Origin: Marsupella aquatica
Taxonomy: Eukaryota > Plantae > Marchantiophyta
Reading direction: 5' to 3'
DNA: 64,000 nt
Assembly: GCA_973895155.1 (NCBI GenBank)
Contig: OZ316896.1
Coordinates: 5,531,303-5,595,302, forward strand
The notes below the pieces were generated by a model, which worked only from the letters and a program-made list of their open reading frames with translations, was not told the origin of the DNA and did not search any database. The position numbers and the translations under genes were made by a program. Of the stretch, positions 1 to 11,660 are shown piece by piece (the first letter of the stretch is position 1; every line of letters starts with the position of its first letter).

Positions 1-212
1 CAAACGACAGGAGGGGGAAGAAATAAGAAGGGCGAGATGAGGGGTTGTGCATCTCGTGGCTGTGTACATCGGCAAGGCAGAGGCGTATCAGTGGGGGTCA
101 ACAATGTCGTGATAATTTAATTATTCATGATGAAATTACTTTTACTAAGTATATTACTAAGTATATAGATTAGGTTTACATTTTGTTACAAGGTAACTAA
201 ATAATTTGACTA

Positions 213-600
213 TTAGTTGTTTTATGTGCATGCAAGGTAATCAATTATGTAAACCATAATATGCATGCACAAATTATTTTAGATGTAATAGTCATTTTAT
301 GTGCATGCAAGGTGAGCAAATATGCAAGCCACAAAGTGCATGCACAATTTGTTTTAAATACATGCAAATCATTTTATTTGCATGCATTAGTTATTTTATG
401 GGCATGCAAAGTGAGCAAATATGCAAGCCACAAGGTGCATGCATAATTTATTTTAGACGTATGCAAATTGTTTTATTTGCATGTATTAGTTATTTTATGC
501 GCATGCAAGGTGAGCAAATATGCATGGCACAAGGTGCATGCATGCACAAATTATTTTAGGTGCGTGCACTAGTAATTTTACTTGCATACATTATATTTGT
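213..600. repeat. Degenerate ~100-bp tandem repeat rich in TGCATGCA
   Basis: Unit tagttattttatg.gcatgcaa.gtgagcaaatatgcaagccacaa.gtgcatgca recurs near 213, 289, 388, 487 and partially near 570. Confidence 0.8.
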
Positions 601-798
601 TTTGATTGCAATAGTACCAGCACACATTTTTACGTTGAATGTGTGCCACTTGACTTTCATGCAAGCGTTTAGGCGTAATCCATGCTCTCTTGGATTTATT
701 AAAAATAAAATGATGAGGGACACTCTCTCCTCATTCTCACGTTTTGATAATTCTCGCGTCAAATTGATTATGTTTTCATTTCTCATTTTTTTTTCTAT

Positions 799-2534
799 TG
801 TCACGCCGTAAGCTTTGTTTTTACACGGATTTTGGCGTAGACGGACATAATCTCCATTAGTTTTGAGCGTTCGGGCAAGGAGGGATGTGCAAATTGAACC
901 TTACTCCCGTAATCTAGCGCTAAGTGCGCCTAGTCCTACTTACAGAAATGTCATGGGTATAGTTTGTGTTCCACCGCCGAATTGTACCTTCAGTCGATAG
1001 CTGGATCGACCCCGGCTTAAGGGCTTCTAAGCCTTTGTGCTGTCTGCCTCTGATCCAGATCCGATGAAACGGATATCCAACCCAGGCTTGCAACCACTAT
1101 CCGCAGCCTATACCCCGTGCACGGCTCGGATAATACGTTTGGCCAAGCATTCTCTACCCATATACGAGATTCATACATGCAACTGAACTCACACGCATAC
1201 AATCTTGGTTTACACAAAGGAAATAGTACGAAAAGACTTTACTTTAGAATCTGTCATACACATATACACGGTTGACTCGACATCTCTTGAGTAAACAGGC
1301 CCAACGACAGAGCGGCATACACTACAACGGAGCCCGGCTCTGCACTCATCCAACAAGCTTAGTCATACCCTCCCTCCTTGGTGTTCTTTCACTCACAAAG
1401 GCCGGGACTCCCCGCACATCCTATGGATACCCGGTTTTGAAACTAAAATCCCCCCTTGCCTCTACCGGGGGGTGCACTAAATACTAAGAGTCGGGGCTCA
1501 GAACGGCCACGTGCTCGAATCTATGCTATCCAAGATTCTAAACTCTGCTAACTGTCAGGCCGTAAAATGACATGTCTTATTCTAAGATTCTAACTACGAC
1601 GGTTGGTCGGATAGGACAGCGCTACTAACTAGTTTTGGCACTTGTCCTTATCGCCTGACTATCCTATTCCTAACTCTATCTTAAACCTATTCCACTGCTA
1701 ATGTCTGGCATGCTTGCCAGACCTGCCTGAGTTGGATTTGAAGCGGCCATCCCATTGCGTCCTGAGCCGGTCGGCGTCTTGCTTGAGCAGCTGGACCTGG
1801 TCCAGTAGAGATTCATTCTCTTGCTTTGCCGCATCCGTCTCCTTCGCGGCTTCCTGGCATGCCTCTTCCAATTGCGAGGCGTCGCTTGTCAGCTTGTCCA
1901 CCAATTGGGCATGCTTTGTAGCTTCTCCTTGAAGTTGTGCCACTTCCGCCTTCAAGGCATCTATCTCGGTTGCATCTCCTTGGGCCCAAGCGTCGGCCTC
2001 CTATGTTCTTTTGCCAGATAACGACTTGTCCCTTCATACCGTCAATCTGGGTTTGGAGCCATGCAATCTTAGCATCCTTCTCGGCTCCGACTTGTTCTGC
2101 CAGGGCTGCCCGGGCTGCCCGGGCCCTAGCTTTGGCCACCTGATCTTCAGTGGCCGCTACCTGAGGTCGAAGCAGTTGGAGTTTGGTCTCCCGGGCTGCA
2201 ACTTTGTCTTTCAGGTGGGCAGACTCAACCCGATACCGCTCTATCCTCTGCGTAGCCTCAGCCTGCGCATGCCCTACTTGCACGGTTGCAACCAATTCCT
2301 GGTTGAAGAAGTAGGCCACCTTTCGTGCCATGTACTCCCCGGTATCCCGCGCAATTTGTTGGGAGAAATCTCCCAGAAACCCATTCACAACATGCCCGAT
2401 GCAAAGAGTTCAGGGTACTCCAGACTATGCCCATCCGGGTTTGGGCAAGGATAGACCTCAGCTCGCGCGGGAGTTGAAGTGGTGACGTCCAGCCCTTGAA
2501 ACATGATGGTAGAGGGGGTTGGGTTTGCACGGTG
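799..2534 (-). mobile_element. Family B ORF-bearing LTR-like unit, copy B1 (truncated; 3' part only)
   Basis: Begins TGTCACG at 799. Its reverse complement aligns with 48890-50732 plus 57261-57493. It carries the C-terminal coiled-coil part of the ORF (1698-2530), ending GRFKSNSGRSGKHARH, versus GRFKSSLGRSGKHAKH in B2. Confidence 0.85.
1698..2530 (-). pseudogene. Frameshifted C-terminal part of the family B LTR-encoded coiled-coil protein
   Basis: ORFs 1813-2388 and 1698-1955 match 48730-49713 (NG.LG.FSQQ....GE.MA.KVAYFF.QELV; LKAEVA.L..EA). Confidence 0.8.
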
Positions 2535-2649
2535 TGTGGGGGGAAATGTGGTTCTTGAGGAAGCACCGGGCCTATGGCTACTAGTGTCAAGAGAGAACTT
2601 AAGTTAAGATCATGATTACTATCCTAGACTGGGTAGTAGACACCACAAG
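2535..2649. repeat. ~115-bp direct repeat, copy 1 (copy 2 at 11759-11875); probable LTR end of a separate non-autonomous retroelement
   Basis: tg...ggggggaaatgtggttcttgaggaagcaccggg...agacaccacaag is nearly identical in both places. Copy 1 coincides with the truncation point of B1. Confidence 0.8.
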
Positions 2650-3151
2650 AAATGGTTCTATGGATGAAAACAGAATATCATAACCATTTTCTCCATACTT
2701 ACGGACTATTGCCTCCTTGGCAGCTACCTTGGGTCGAGTTACAAAATGAATATCTCCCAACGAGAAAGAAACGGGAGGTTTGTTGAGATCCATCTCAATA
2801 CAAGATGAAAATTTTGAGAGCCCAATCCTGTCCGTAAACTACATAAAGATATACAAGTGGCTCTATTGAATTTAACACTGCAGTTGCAAATGCTTCTCCA
2901 AAGTGAAAAGTCATATGCTGACGCATTATCTCTTTTTGGAGTACATGAATTCTAATAAGGAAAGGATTAGGGAGAGGAAGAACAGGTACTGGTCTGGGCA
3001 TTATCGTACTATCAAATATTTCATACAACTAATATTATTCTAATGACAAGATATAGAATCATTCAACAAAAAGATCATTCATTCAAACAAATACTATGCA
3101 TTGAGTTAATTCTAAGTTTATACATGTAGGTGTTTATCTTCTTTTGAATGA

Positions 3152-3424
3152 AAACACTATCTGAAGGTCCAACGCATACAAATTACCACTGATTGAGTTA
3201 AGCTCTAAGCCAGCGTGCATGCGTGGGTCTACTTCATAAGCTTAGGGTTTCACCCAAAAGGAGCATATGATGTCAAGGTATTGTTGAGCACTTTCCAACT
3301 CTTTAGGATTTAATAACCATCTCCTATCAAATAATAACACTTTCTGAAGATCCAACTCATACAAAATATTCATGGCCGAGCCGAAGCTCTAAGCGAGCAT
3401 GCATGAGTGGGTCTACTTCATAAG
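3152..3424. repeat. Diverged ~90-bp direct duplication
   Basis: aacact.tctgaag.tccaac.catacaaa...aagctctaagc.agc.tgcatg.gtgggtctacttcataag occurs at 3152-3240 and 3336-3424. Confidence 0.75.
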
Positions 3425-3654
3425 AGTTATATTCATAGAAAAGGTCATCAAGTCCAATGGATTCTTTAAGGCTTCACAACTTAGTTGATGAAAAATGGGG
3501 AGTGAGGGGAGAGAGCCCCTCTCCTCTTTATTTATAGTGCTCACACCTTGAGCACACGGATCAAGCATGGCACACGGATGGAAGCCATGTGTCACACATC
3601 CAAGGCAAGTAAGTGTGCTAAAACTGTAGTTACGTGAGTGGAGCAACTGTAGGC

Positions 3655-3885
3655 AGTACATTGTAGCATGCACACTATAGATCCTGGCTATAGATTGTAC
3701 ACTCTAGCATGCACACTATAGATCGTACACTGTAGCATGCATACTGTAGATCGTACACTGTAGCATGCACACTAAAGATCGTACACTGTAACATGCATAC
3801 TGTAGATCATACACTGTAGCATGCACACTGTAGGTCGTGCACTGTAGCATGCACACTATAGACCGTATACTATAGCATGCACGCT
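3655..3885. repeat. 28-bp minisatellite (two related 14-mers), interrupted by element A1 and resuming at 11588-11617
   Basis: Unit gtacactgtagcatgcacactgtagatc, about 8 copies. The array continues in register after the TSD at 11588. Confidence 0.9.
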
Positions 3886-4113
3886 TGTGACACAGGCAAC
3901 GTGTCACTTAACCAAACGCAGGTCCTAGATTAGGATTTATACGGTCATTAGGACGGTAGCCGTAGCGTAGAATAGCATGAATAGCCATCTTTACCATTAT
4001 GAATAGATTAGGAGTAGGTTAGTTGACCGAATGATTACGAATTAAGGAAGAGGATTATTATGCTTGACCAAGGTACGGTGGCGGTGGCGAAGTAAAAATC
4101 TGTTAGGAGAATC

Positions 4114-6593
4114 ATGCTTGGACCAAGACGCCAACTTCAGCTCATGATCAACGACCAAAATGACCTTGCCCTCTCACGCTCGAGCTCACCCTGGCACCCC
4201 CATAAGAGCGGAGTCGATGGCGCTATGGGCCATTTGCTCATTTCTACCTTTCAAGATTTGCGGACGCTGCCATTCACTCTCGCCCCTGGCTCGAATCAAG
4301 CTGACCTTTACGAGGAAATTATCGAGGAATAAGAGCGGATTGTGGCAAGATTTAGTCAGGGCGAGTAAGGCTTCCACCAACAAGCGGACTGGTAGGGCGG
4401 GAACGCAGACTCGATGAACCAGACTACAGAGGTTAGTATGACCCTTACAGCCTTGGGATTTTGGACCTTGTTTGGCAAGGTTGGTGCTAAACTCTCCAAG
4501 ACTTACTGATACTCTTGCCCCGAGAAAGCCGCTTACGAACGAAGATATGCAAAGTTGGTGGCTAAAGTAGCACAGGTTAACTATGACAAGATGGCCATCA
4601 CCAGGGATTCCAGTTACAATGAGCTGCGGGATTACATCACCGAGCTATATATCAGCGAGGAAGGATTCAGATCGGTGGTAGAGGCGATTCTTGAAGTCCC
4701 TGCAAAGTTCTTTAGGCTGAGGGGCAGCTAGAGACTGACTCCAGCGGAGTTTGACAAGATTGCGGGATACATCAACCAGCAGATTGCAGCTGAGAAGCGG
4801 GAAGAAGACATCAACAGACAACGGGAAGCGGCTTGTAACCTTATGTTCCTCGGGGAAAGCTCCAATGCCTTCAACTGGGATATGGCTACCCCGACACCAA
4901 CCCCAGCCCCTCAGCCAATGACCACCGACGTACCACCGAACCAGTCCCAAGTCCGTCTAGTGAACAACACAGAGTGTTCCTCGGGTTCCGAGCGTGTTAG
5001 TCCACAGCTTGAGCAGCGTTCTCAGAAGCGGGCAAGAATGACACCGGCCCCCAAACCAACAACGCGAACCAACGCCACCCCTGCACCTGCCCTGGCCAAC
5101 CCCCCAACCAACCAAACCCGACGGCCCACGGATAATCCAAAGTCTAACTTATTACAGGTAATCCGCGTCCCCAAGATAGTCTGGATCGCGATAAAAAAAC
5201 TCAACCACGCGGACTATCTCAAGGAGCATCAGTTGGCGCAGTTCACTCACTTGCTATGGAGACCGTGCGCAACCGGGCCGAAAGAGATTTGTGAGTTTAT
5301 CCCCAATTTCGACACTGACGCATCGACCACCAAGGTTTCAGGGCAAACCTTATCACTCACGGAGCATCGGCTAGCACAGATCTTCTGCCTACCAACCGGG
5401 TCGGTGTCGGTTGAACTCCAAATTCGGGATAAGGAGTATACACCTTGGCACTTCAAACCCAAGGGTAAGACAGACAACGGATACAAGCAGGGGTCGTGCA
5501 CCAACTTAATCTGTATGGAGCTTAACTTCATACAGACTACCCTACACATGATTGAGCCACGATCCAAGATTTCACTCTGCACGATCGTACAGGTGGAACA
5601 GTACAAGCGGCGGAATTGGGCCCAATTCTTTTACCGTAGGTTCTCGGGGGAGCTTAAGCGGGCTCAGGGAGGTATGGCTATCGGGGGGAGAACTTACCTG
5701 GGAAGTCATATCGCCATCATCCTCGCCTGGTACAAGGCACAACGGGAGGCCAGGGGAAAGAATATGGCCACCTCAGCCCCGACTAAGGTCACCCCCGCTA
5801 CGGAGGAGGCTACCCCGAGCGAGCGGACTACCTCACCCCGAGCAAACCTTGAGCCAGAGGCCCTGACTAATACTCCGTCACCTCCTTGGGTTGAAATTCC
5901 GCCGCCCCCTCCCATCGAGCCTCTGCTACCCCCGGTACAACCACCTCCAATCCCTCCACCACCTGAAGAAACCTTCCCCTCCCCATTGCAGACTACGGAG
6001 GAGCTTGCTGCCCCGCCCGAGGAACCGCCAGTACCCGAGAGGATGGAGGACTACCAAGTAGCCCCGGGGACCATGGCCTACAACCTGGTCCAAAAGTTTA
6101 GTCAGACTCTGTCCGGGGAGCTGGCGACGTACATCGGACAACAAGTTTTGGCGTACTTTCAACCAGCCTTCTTCATGTTAGAACACCAACCACGGATCGT
6201 AAGCTGCTTGGAGGAAGAACTCATGGCAAAGGGGAACGAGATCGGGCACCTCCAAATGCTGGTAGAACACCTCGAGGAGGAGGCCACTACCCGCCGTGAG
6301 GAGTTAGTCCACACTGTCAAACAACGGGACGGACTAACCCAGGAGTTGAGCGGGGCGCAAGCGGATCTCAAGAAACTGGACGACACCGTGCTTTAGTTGC
6401 GCTCAGAATCCTTGGCTCAGGTTACCAGCTTGACCGACCTCAACAACCAATTCTTGCAGGCAGCTCAGCAGGTGGCTAGTCTATCCGCCGAACGGGATAA
6501 ATTGCTGGCACAGGACCAGACCCATCGTGACTCCATTAACCAGCTCAATCTGGACGTAGCGCGGCTCCAAGCAGAGGCCGATGAGGCAGCAAA
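4114..6593 (+). pseudogene. Family A LTR-encoded protein, copy A1 (stops and frameshifts, split by A2; tail at 10434-10593)
   Basis: ORFs 4114-4332, 4843-6396 and 6397-6593 align with the A2 protein. EADEAAN|EAEEA is split exactly at the A2 insertion. Confidence 0.85.
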
Positions 6594-9500
6594 TGTGACA
6601 CGGGTAACGTGTCACTTGACCGAACCCAGGTCGTAGATTAGGACTTATACGGTCATTAGGACCGTAGCCATAGCGTAGAATAGCACGTATAGCCGTCAAG
6701 TTGCCATTATGATTAGATTAGGAGTAGGTTAAGATAACCGAATAATTACGAGTTCAGGAAAGGGATTATTACGCACGACCGAGGTACGGTGGCGGCAGCA
6801 GAGTAAAAATCAGTTAGAAGAATCACGCTTGGACCGAGACGCCGACTTCAGCTCGTTATCAATAACCAAACGGCCTGACCTTCTCACGCTCGGGCTCGTC
6901 CGGGCACCTCCATAAGAGAGGAGCCCATGGCACTGCGGGCCATTCGCTCACGTTTACCTTTTTGGAATTCACGGACGCTGCCATCCGCTCGCCTTTTCGA
7001 TTGAATCCAGTCGACCTTTACAAGGAAATTATCGAGGGAGAAGAGCGAAATGTGGCGAGATTTAGTCAGGACGAGCGAGGCCTCCGCGAAAAAGGACCAG
7101 CCAGGTGGGAACATGGACGCAACGAACCGGACTACGAGGTTAGTATGACCCTCACAGCCTTGGGATTTTGGACCTTGTTTGGCGAGGTAGGTGCTAAGTT
7201 CTCCGAGACTTACTGGTACTCTTGCCCGAGAAAGCCGCTTACGAACGAAGGTACGCAAAGCTGGTAACCAAGGTAGCACTGGTTAATTGCGAAAGGACAA
7301 CCATCACCAGGGATTCTAGCTATAACGAGCTGCGAGACTACATCACCGAACTATATCTCAGCGAGGAAGGGCTTAGATCGGTAGCAGAGGCGATTCTTGA
7401 GGTTCCAGCTAAGTTCTTTAAGCTGAAGGGCAACCAGCAGCTTACTCAAGCGGAGCTCGACAAGATTCCGGGGTACCTAGACCAGCAGATCGCAGCCGAA
7501 AAGCGCCAAGAAGACATCAGCAGACAACGGGAAGCGGCGCGTAATCTCACGTTCCTCGGGGAAAGCTCCAACGCCTTCAACTGGGATATGGCTACCCCAG
7601 CGCCTCAACCGATGACCACCAGAGTACCGCCGAACCAGTCCCAAGTCCGTCCAGTAATCAACGCGGAGTGTTCTTCGGGTTCCGAGCGAGCTAGTCCGCA
7701 ACTCGAACAGCGTCCTCGTAAGCGGTCAAGGACTACGACGGCCCCCGAATCAACACGGACTGACGCCACGCCTGCACCTGCCCCGGCAAACCCCCCGGCC
7801 AACCAGACCCGACGGCCCCCGGATAACCCGAAGTCCAACTTATTACAGGTAATCCGCGTCCCTGAGGTAGTCTGGATCGCGATCAAGAAACTCGAACATG
7901 CGGACTATCTCAAGGAGCATCAGTTGGAGCGGTTCGCCCACTTACTATGGAGGCCGTGCGCCGCCGGGCCGAAGGAGATTTGTGAGTTCATCTCCAATTT
8001 CGACACTGATGCGTCAACCACCAAGGTTTCGGGGCAAACCTTATCACTCACGGAGCATCGGTTAACGCAAATTTTCGGCCTACCAACCGGGCCGGTGCCG
8101 GTGGAAATCCAAATTCGGGATAAGGAGTATACGCCGCGGCACTTCAAACCCGAGGGTAAGACGGACAACGGATACAAGCAGGGGGCGTGCACCAACTTAA
8201 CCTGTATGGAGCGGCTTAACTTCATACGGACTACCCTACACATGATTGAGCCACGATCCGAGATTTCCCTCTGCACGATAGTGCAGGTGGAACAGTACAA
8301 ACGACGAAACTGGGCCCAATTCTTCTACCGAAGATTCTCGGGGGAGCTGAAGCGGGCTCAGGGTGGTATGGCTATTGGAGGGAAGACTTACTTGGGGAGT
8401 CATATCGCCATTATCCTCGCCTGGTACAAGGCACGGCGGGAGGCCAGAGGAAAGAATATGGCCATCTCAGCCCCGGGTAATGACACCCCCGCCCCAGAGG
8501 AGGCAACCCCGACTACGCGGACTACTGTCCCTCGGACAAACCCCGAGCCGGAAGCCCCGACTAATACTCCGCAACCGCACCCTACGGAAATTCCACCGCC
8601 TCCTTCCGTTGAGCCTCCGCTACCTGCAGTACAACCACCCCCAATCCCTCCACCACCTGAAGAAACCTTCCCCTCCCCAGCGCTGACTACGGAGGAGCTC
8701 ATTGCCCCTGCCGAGGAACCACCGGTACCCGAGAGGATGGAGGACTACCAAGTAGCCCCGGGGACCATGGCCTACGACCTGGTCCAGAAGTTTAGCCAGA
8801 CTATGTCTGGGGAGTTGGCGACATACATCGGACAACAAGTCTCGGCGTACTTTCAGCCAGCCTTCTTCATGTTAGAGCACCAACCACGGATCGTCAGCCG
8901 CTTGGAAGAAGAACTCATGGCGAAGGGGAATGAGATCGGGCGTCTCCAGATGCTGGTAGAGCACCTCGAGGAGGAGGCAACGACCCGCCGCGAGGATTTA
9001 GTCTGCACTGTCGAACAGAGGGACGGACTAACCCAGGAGTTAAGCGGAGCGCAGGCCAAACTCAAGAAGCTGGACGACACCGTGCTTCAATTACGCTCAG
9101 AATCTTCGGCTCGGGTTACCAGCCTGACCGACCTCAACAAACAATTCCTGCAGGCAGCACAGCAGGTGGCTAGTCTCTCCACCGAACGAGATAAATTGCT
9201 AGCGCAGGACCAGGTCCATCACGACGCCATCGACCAGCTCAACTTGGAGGTGGCGCGGCTCCAGACTGAAGCCGACGAAGCCGCAAACGAGGCAGAGGAA
9301 GCATTACGGGACAACAAGGCTTTGCAGGACCGTGTCACCCTGCTCGTCCTCCAACGGGGAAAACCTGGGCCCACCTCTGATCAAGGCGGCTCGAGGTCTC
9401 GCCCCGACAAGGGGACCAGCCCTGGTCCAACCACTGCACACACGTAAGGGGTAGTTAGCGAAGGGTAGAAGCAGGCGCCGCGCGAGGCGGTTAAGTCAGC

Positions 9501-10428
9501 GGCATCTTTTAGTTAGGCGTAACGACAGAATGACTGTCATTAGGCGCCGATTAGCAGCAGTAGGAAGAATTAGGGCCGGTCAGTTAGGATCAGCCAACGT
9601 AGGATTGAGTCCATCAACGGACTAGAATCTGTCAGTAGGCTTGGCCGCCGCCATTCCGGTTGGCACACTCGTAGTCGACGGTCAACCGGTCAGTACAGCG
9701 CGACCGGTAGTCAGCAGTTAGTTAGTCAGTAGGTAGTACCCGGAAGGTAGTATCCTCCGGTTCTCTCCGCTATGGTAGTATTTAGGCTTCCCCTTCCGCG
9801 ATGGGAAGGGGGAGAAGGCTTAGTTATCTCAGCAGAAGAAAGGCGAGGCACGGGGAGTCCCGGCCTGAGTAGGGTCAAAGCGTACCAAGGAGTGAGAGCC
9901 AGAGTCGAGCTTGCTAGGCAAGTGCGAGGCAGGGCCTCGTAGAGACTGGGCATCGACTGCCGTTGGGCCTGCTGACCCCCTTTGAAGTCGAGTCAACCAT
10001 GTAAACTGATGCTTCGCTGAGTAAATATAGTCTTTTCCCCTTAATGTTTCTGAGAGTAACTGGTGTTGTGTGTATGCTTTGTCCGGGCAAAGGCGCCATT
10101 TTAAGGGACGTACCGGGTGCGGACTAATGGTAGGGATTGCCACTCATTGCATGTCACAAGGTCCTGTCACGTCGATGGCTTGAAAAGCCCCAAGTCGGGA
10201 GTTAGTCCGCATCACTAACTGAGGGAAAATTCCAGCGGTGGAAAATAAATATACCTATGACCAGTACGAATTATGCGAGTGTTATACCAGTAAGTATAGC
10301 GGCTTAGCCCGACTTAGGGCTATTGAAGGTCACTACACACCTCCTTGCCCGAACCCTCACCCCTACTGGTGGTCGAGGTCGCACCACGACACTAACCCGG
10401 ATTTAAGGCCCAGGGTAGGGGTGCGACA
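6594..10428 (+). mobile_element. Family A ORF-bearing solo-LTR-like unit A2 (3835 bp), nested in A1
   Basis: TGTGACAC...GTGCGACA imperfect terminal inverted repeat. Perfect 5-bp TSD GCAAA at 6589-6593 and 10429-10433. Confidence 0.95.
7222..9447 (+). CDS. Family A LTR-encoded protein: conserved PMD/Athila-ORF1-like core, Pro-rich linker, coiled coil (ancestral ORF probably began near 6825; two 1-bp frameshifts upstream)
   Basis: 741 open codons. Core motif EFISNFD...KVSGQTLSLTEHRLTQIFGLPTG...DNGY...C...LH..EPR.EI...NWAQFF...LGSHI. A1 has tgccccgag where A2 has tgcccgag, which joins ORF 6962-7267 to this frame. The domain name is inferred from motif resemblance. Confidence 0.75.
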   Translation: MPEKAAYERRYAKLVTKVALVNCERTTITRDSSYNELRDYITELYLSEEGLRSVAEAILEVPAKFFKLKGNQQLTQAELDKIPGYLDQQIAAEKRQEDISRQREAARNLTFLGESSNAFNWDMATPAPQPMTTRVPPNQSQVRPVINAECSSGSERASPQLEQRPRKRSRTTTAPESTRTDATPAPAPANPPANQTRRPPDNPKSNLLQVIRVPEVVWIAIKKLEHADYLKEHQLERFAHLLWRPCAAGPKEICEFISNFDTDASTTKVSGQTLSLTEHRLTQIFGLPTGPVPVEIQIRDKEYTPRHFKPEGKTDNGYKQGACTNLTCMERLNFIRTTLHMIEPRSEISLCTIVQVEQYKRRNWAQFFYRRFSGELKRAQGGMAIGGKTYLGSHIAIILAWYKARREARGKNMAISAPGNDTPAPEEATPTTRTTVPRTNPEPEAPTNTPQPHPTEIPPPPSVEPPLPAVQPPPIPPPPEETFPSPALTTEELIAPAEEPPVPERMEDYQVAPGTMAYDLVQKFSQTMSGELATYIGQQVSAYFQPAFFMLEHQPRIVSRLEEELMAKGNEIGRLQMLVEHLEEEATTRREDLVCTVEQRDGLTQELSGAQAKLKKLDDTVLQLRSESSARVTSLTDLNKQFLQAAQQVASLSTERDKLLAQDQVHHDAIDQLNLEVARLQTEADEAANEAEEALRDNKALQDRVTLLVLQRGKPGPTSDQGGSRSRPDKGTSPGPTTAHT

Positions 10429-11660
10429 GCAAACGAGGCAGAGGAGGCGGTCCGGGATAACAAGCCCTTGCAGGACCGCGTTATTATGCTAGTCCTCTAG
10501 CGGGCCAGACCTAGGCCCACCTCTGATCAAGGCGGCTCAAGGTCTCACCCCGACAGGGGGACAAACCCTGGTCCGACCATAGCACGCACGTAAGGGGTGG
10601 TTAGCAAAGGGTGGGAGCAGGCACCGCGCGGTGCAGTTGAGTCATCGACATCTTTTTTATTAGGCTTAACGACAGAATAGTTGTCATTAGGCACCGATTA
10701 GTGGCACAATAGGAAGCATTAGGACATAATCAATTAGGATCGGCCGACATAGGATAGAGTCCATCAATGGACTAGGATTTTGGTCAGTAGACTAGGCTAT
10801 TGCCACCCCGGTCAGCGCCCCCGCCACTGACGGTCAACCGGTCAGAGGTAGTGCGGCCGGTTAGTCAGAAGGTACTTAGTCAGTACAGTAGGCATTACCC
10901 CGGGAGGTAGTATCTTTCGGTTCCTTTTCGCAACCGTAGTATTTAGGCTTCCCCTTCCGCTGGCGAGGGGGAGAAGGCTTAGTTATCTCAGCGCAAGGAA
11001 AGGCAAGGCAAGGGGAGTCCCGGCCTGAGCAGGGTCAGAGTGCACTAAGGAGTGAGAGCCAGAGTCGAGCTTGCTGGGCAAGTGCAAGGCGGGGCCTCGT
11101 AGAGACTGGGCATCGACTGCCGTTGGGCCTGCTGACCCCCTTAGAAGTCGAGTCAACTATGCAACCTGATTCTTTATTGAGTAAATGTAGTCTTCTCCCT
11201 CTAATGTCTCCGCGAGTAATTGGTGTTGTGTGCATGCTTTGTCTGGGCAAAGGCGCCATTTCAAGGGACGTACCGGGTGCGGACTAATGGTAGGGATTGC
11301 CACCCATTGCATGTCACAAGATTCTGTCGCGTCGATGGCTTGAAAGCCCCAAGCCAGGAGTTAGTCCGAGTCACTAACTGTGGGAATATTCCAACGGTGG
11401 AAAGCAAATATACCTATGACCGGTACGAGTTGCGTAAATATTATACCAATAAGTATATCGATTTAGCCCGACTTAGGGCTAATCGTGGCCACTACACACC
11501 TCCTTGCCCGAACCCTCACCCTTACTGGTGGTCGAGGTCTCCCCATAGAACTAAACTGGATTTAAGGCCCGGCTTAGGGGAGCAACAACGCTGTAGACCG
11601 TACACTGCAGCATGCACTTCTCAGTCATCTCCTCCATAGTTCCTCCTACCATTGTGAACA

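Larger units (their letters stand above)
3886..11587 (+). mobile_element. Family A ORF-bearing solo-LTR-like unit A1 (3862 bp net of nested A2)
   Basis: Starts TGTGACAC and ends ...GCAACA. Perfect 5-bp TSD ACGCT at 3881-3885 and 11588-11592. Colinear with A2 over its whole length; the ORF resumes at 10434 after A2. Confidence 0.93.

Noticed and set aside
3655-3885. CRISPR array (also considered for 14855-15180 and 40301-40470)
   Set aside because: Head-to-tail repeats without unique spacers, no cas genes, eukaryotic context.
9840-9960. Hammerhead ribozyme (retrozyme-like) in the LTR
   Set aside because: No CUGANGA...GAAA core with flanking stems could be found by eye.
3886-11587. Family A and C units as cut-and-paste DNA transposons
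   Set aside because: The inverted ends are only ~8 bp and imperfect, TG...CA with a 5-bp TSD is the LTR-integrase signature, no DDE motif is recognisable, and relative B2 abuts a PBS and gag. Disfavoured rather than formally excluded.
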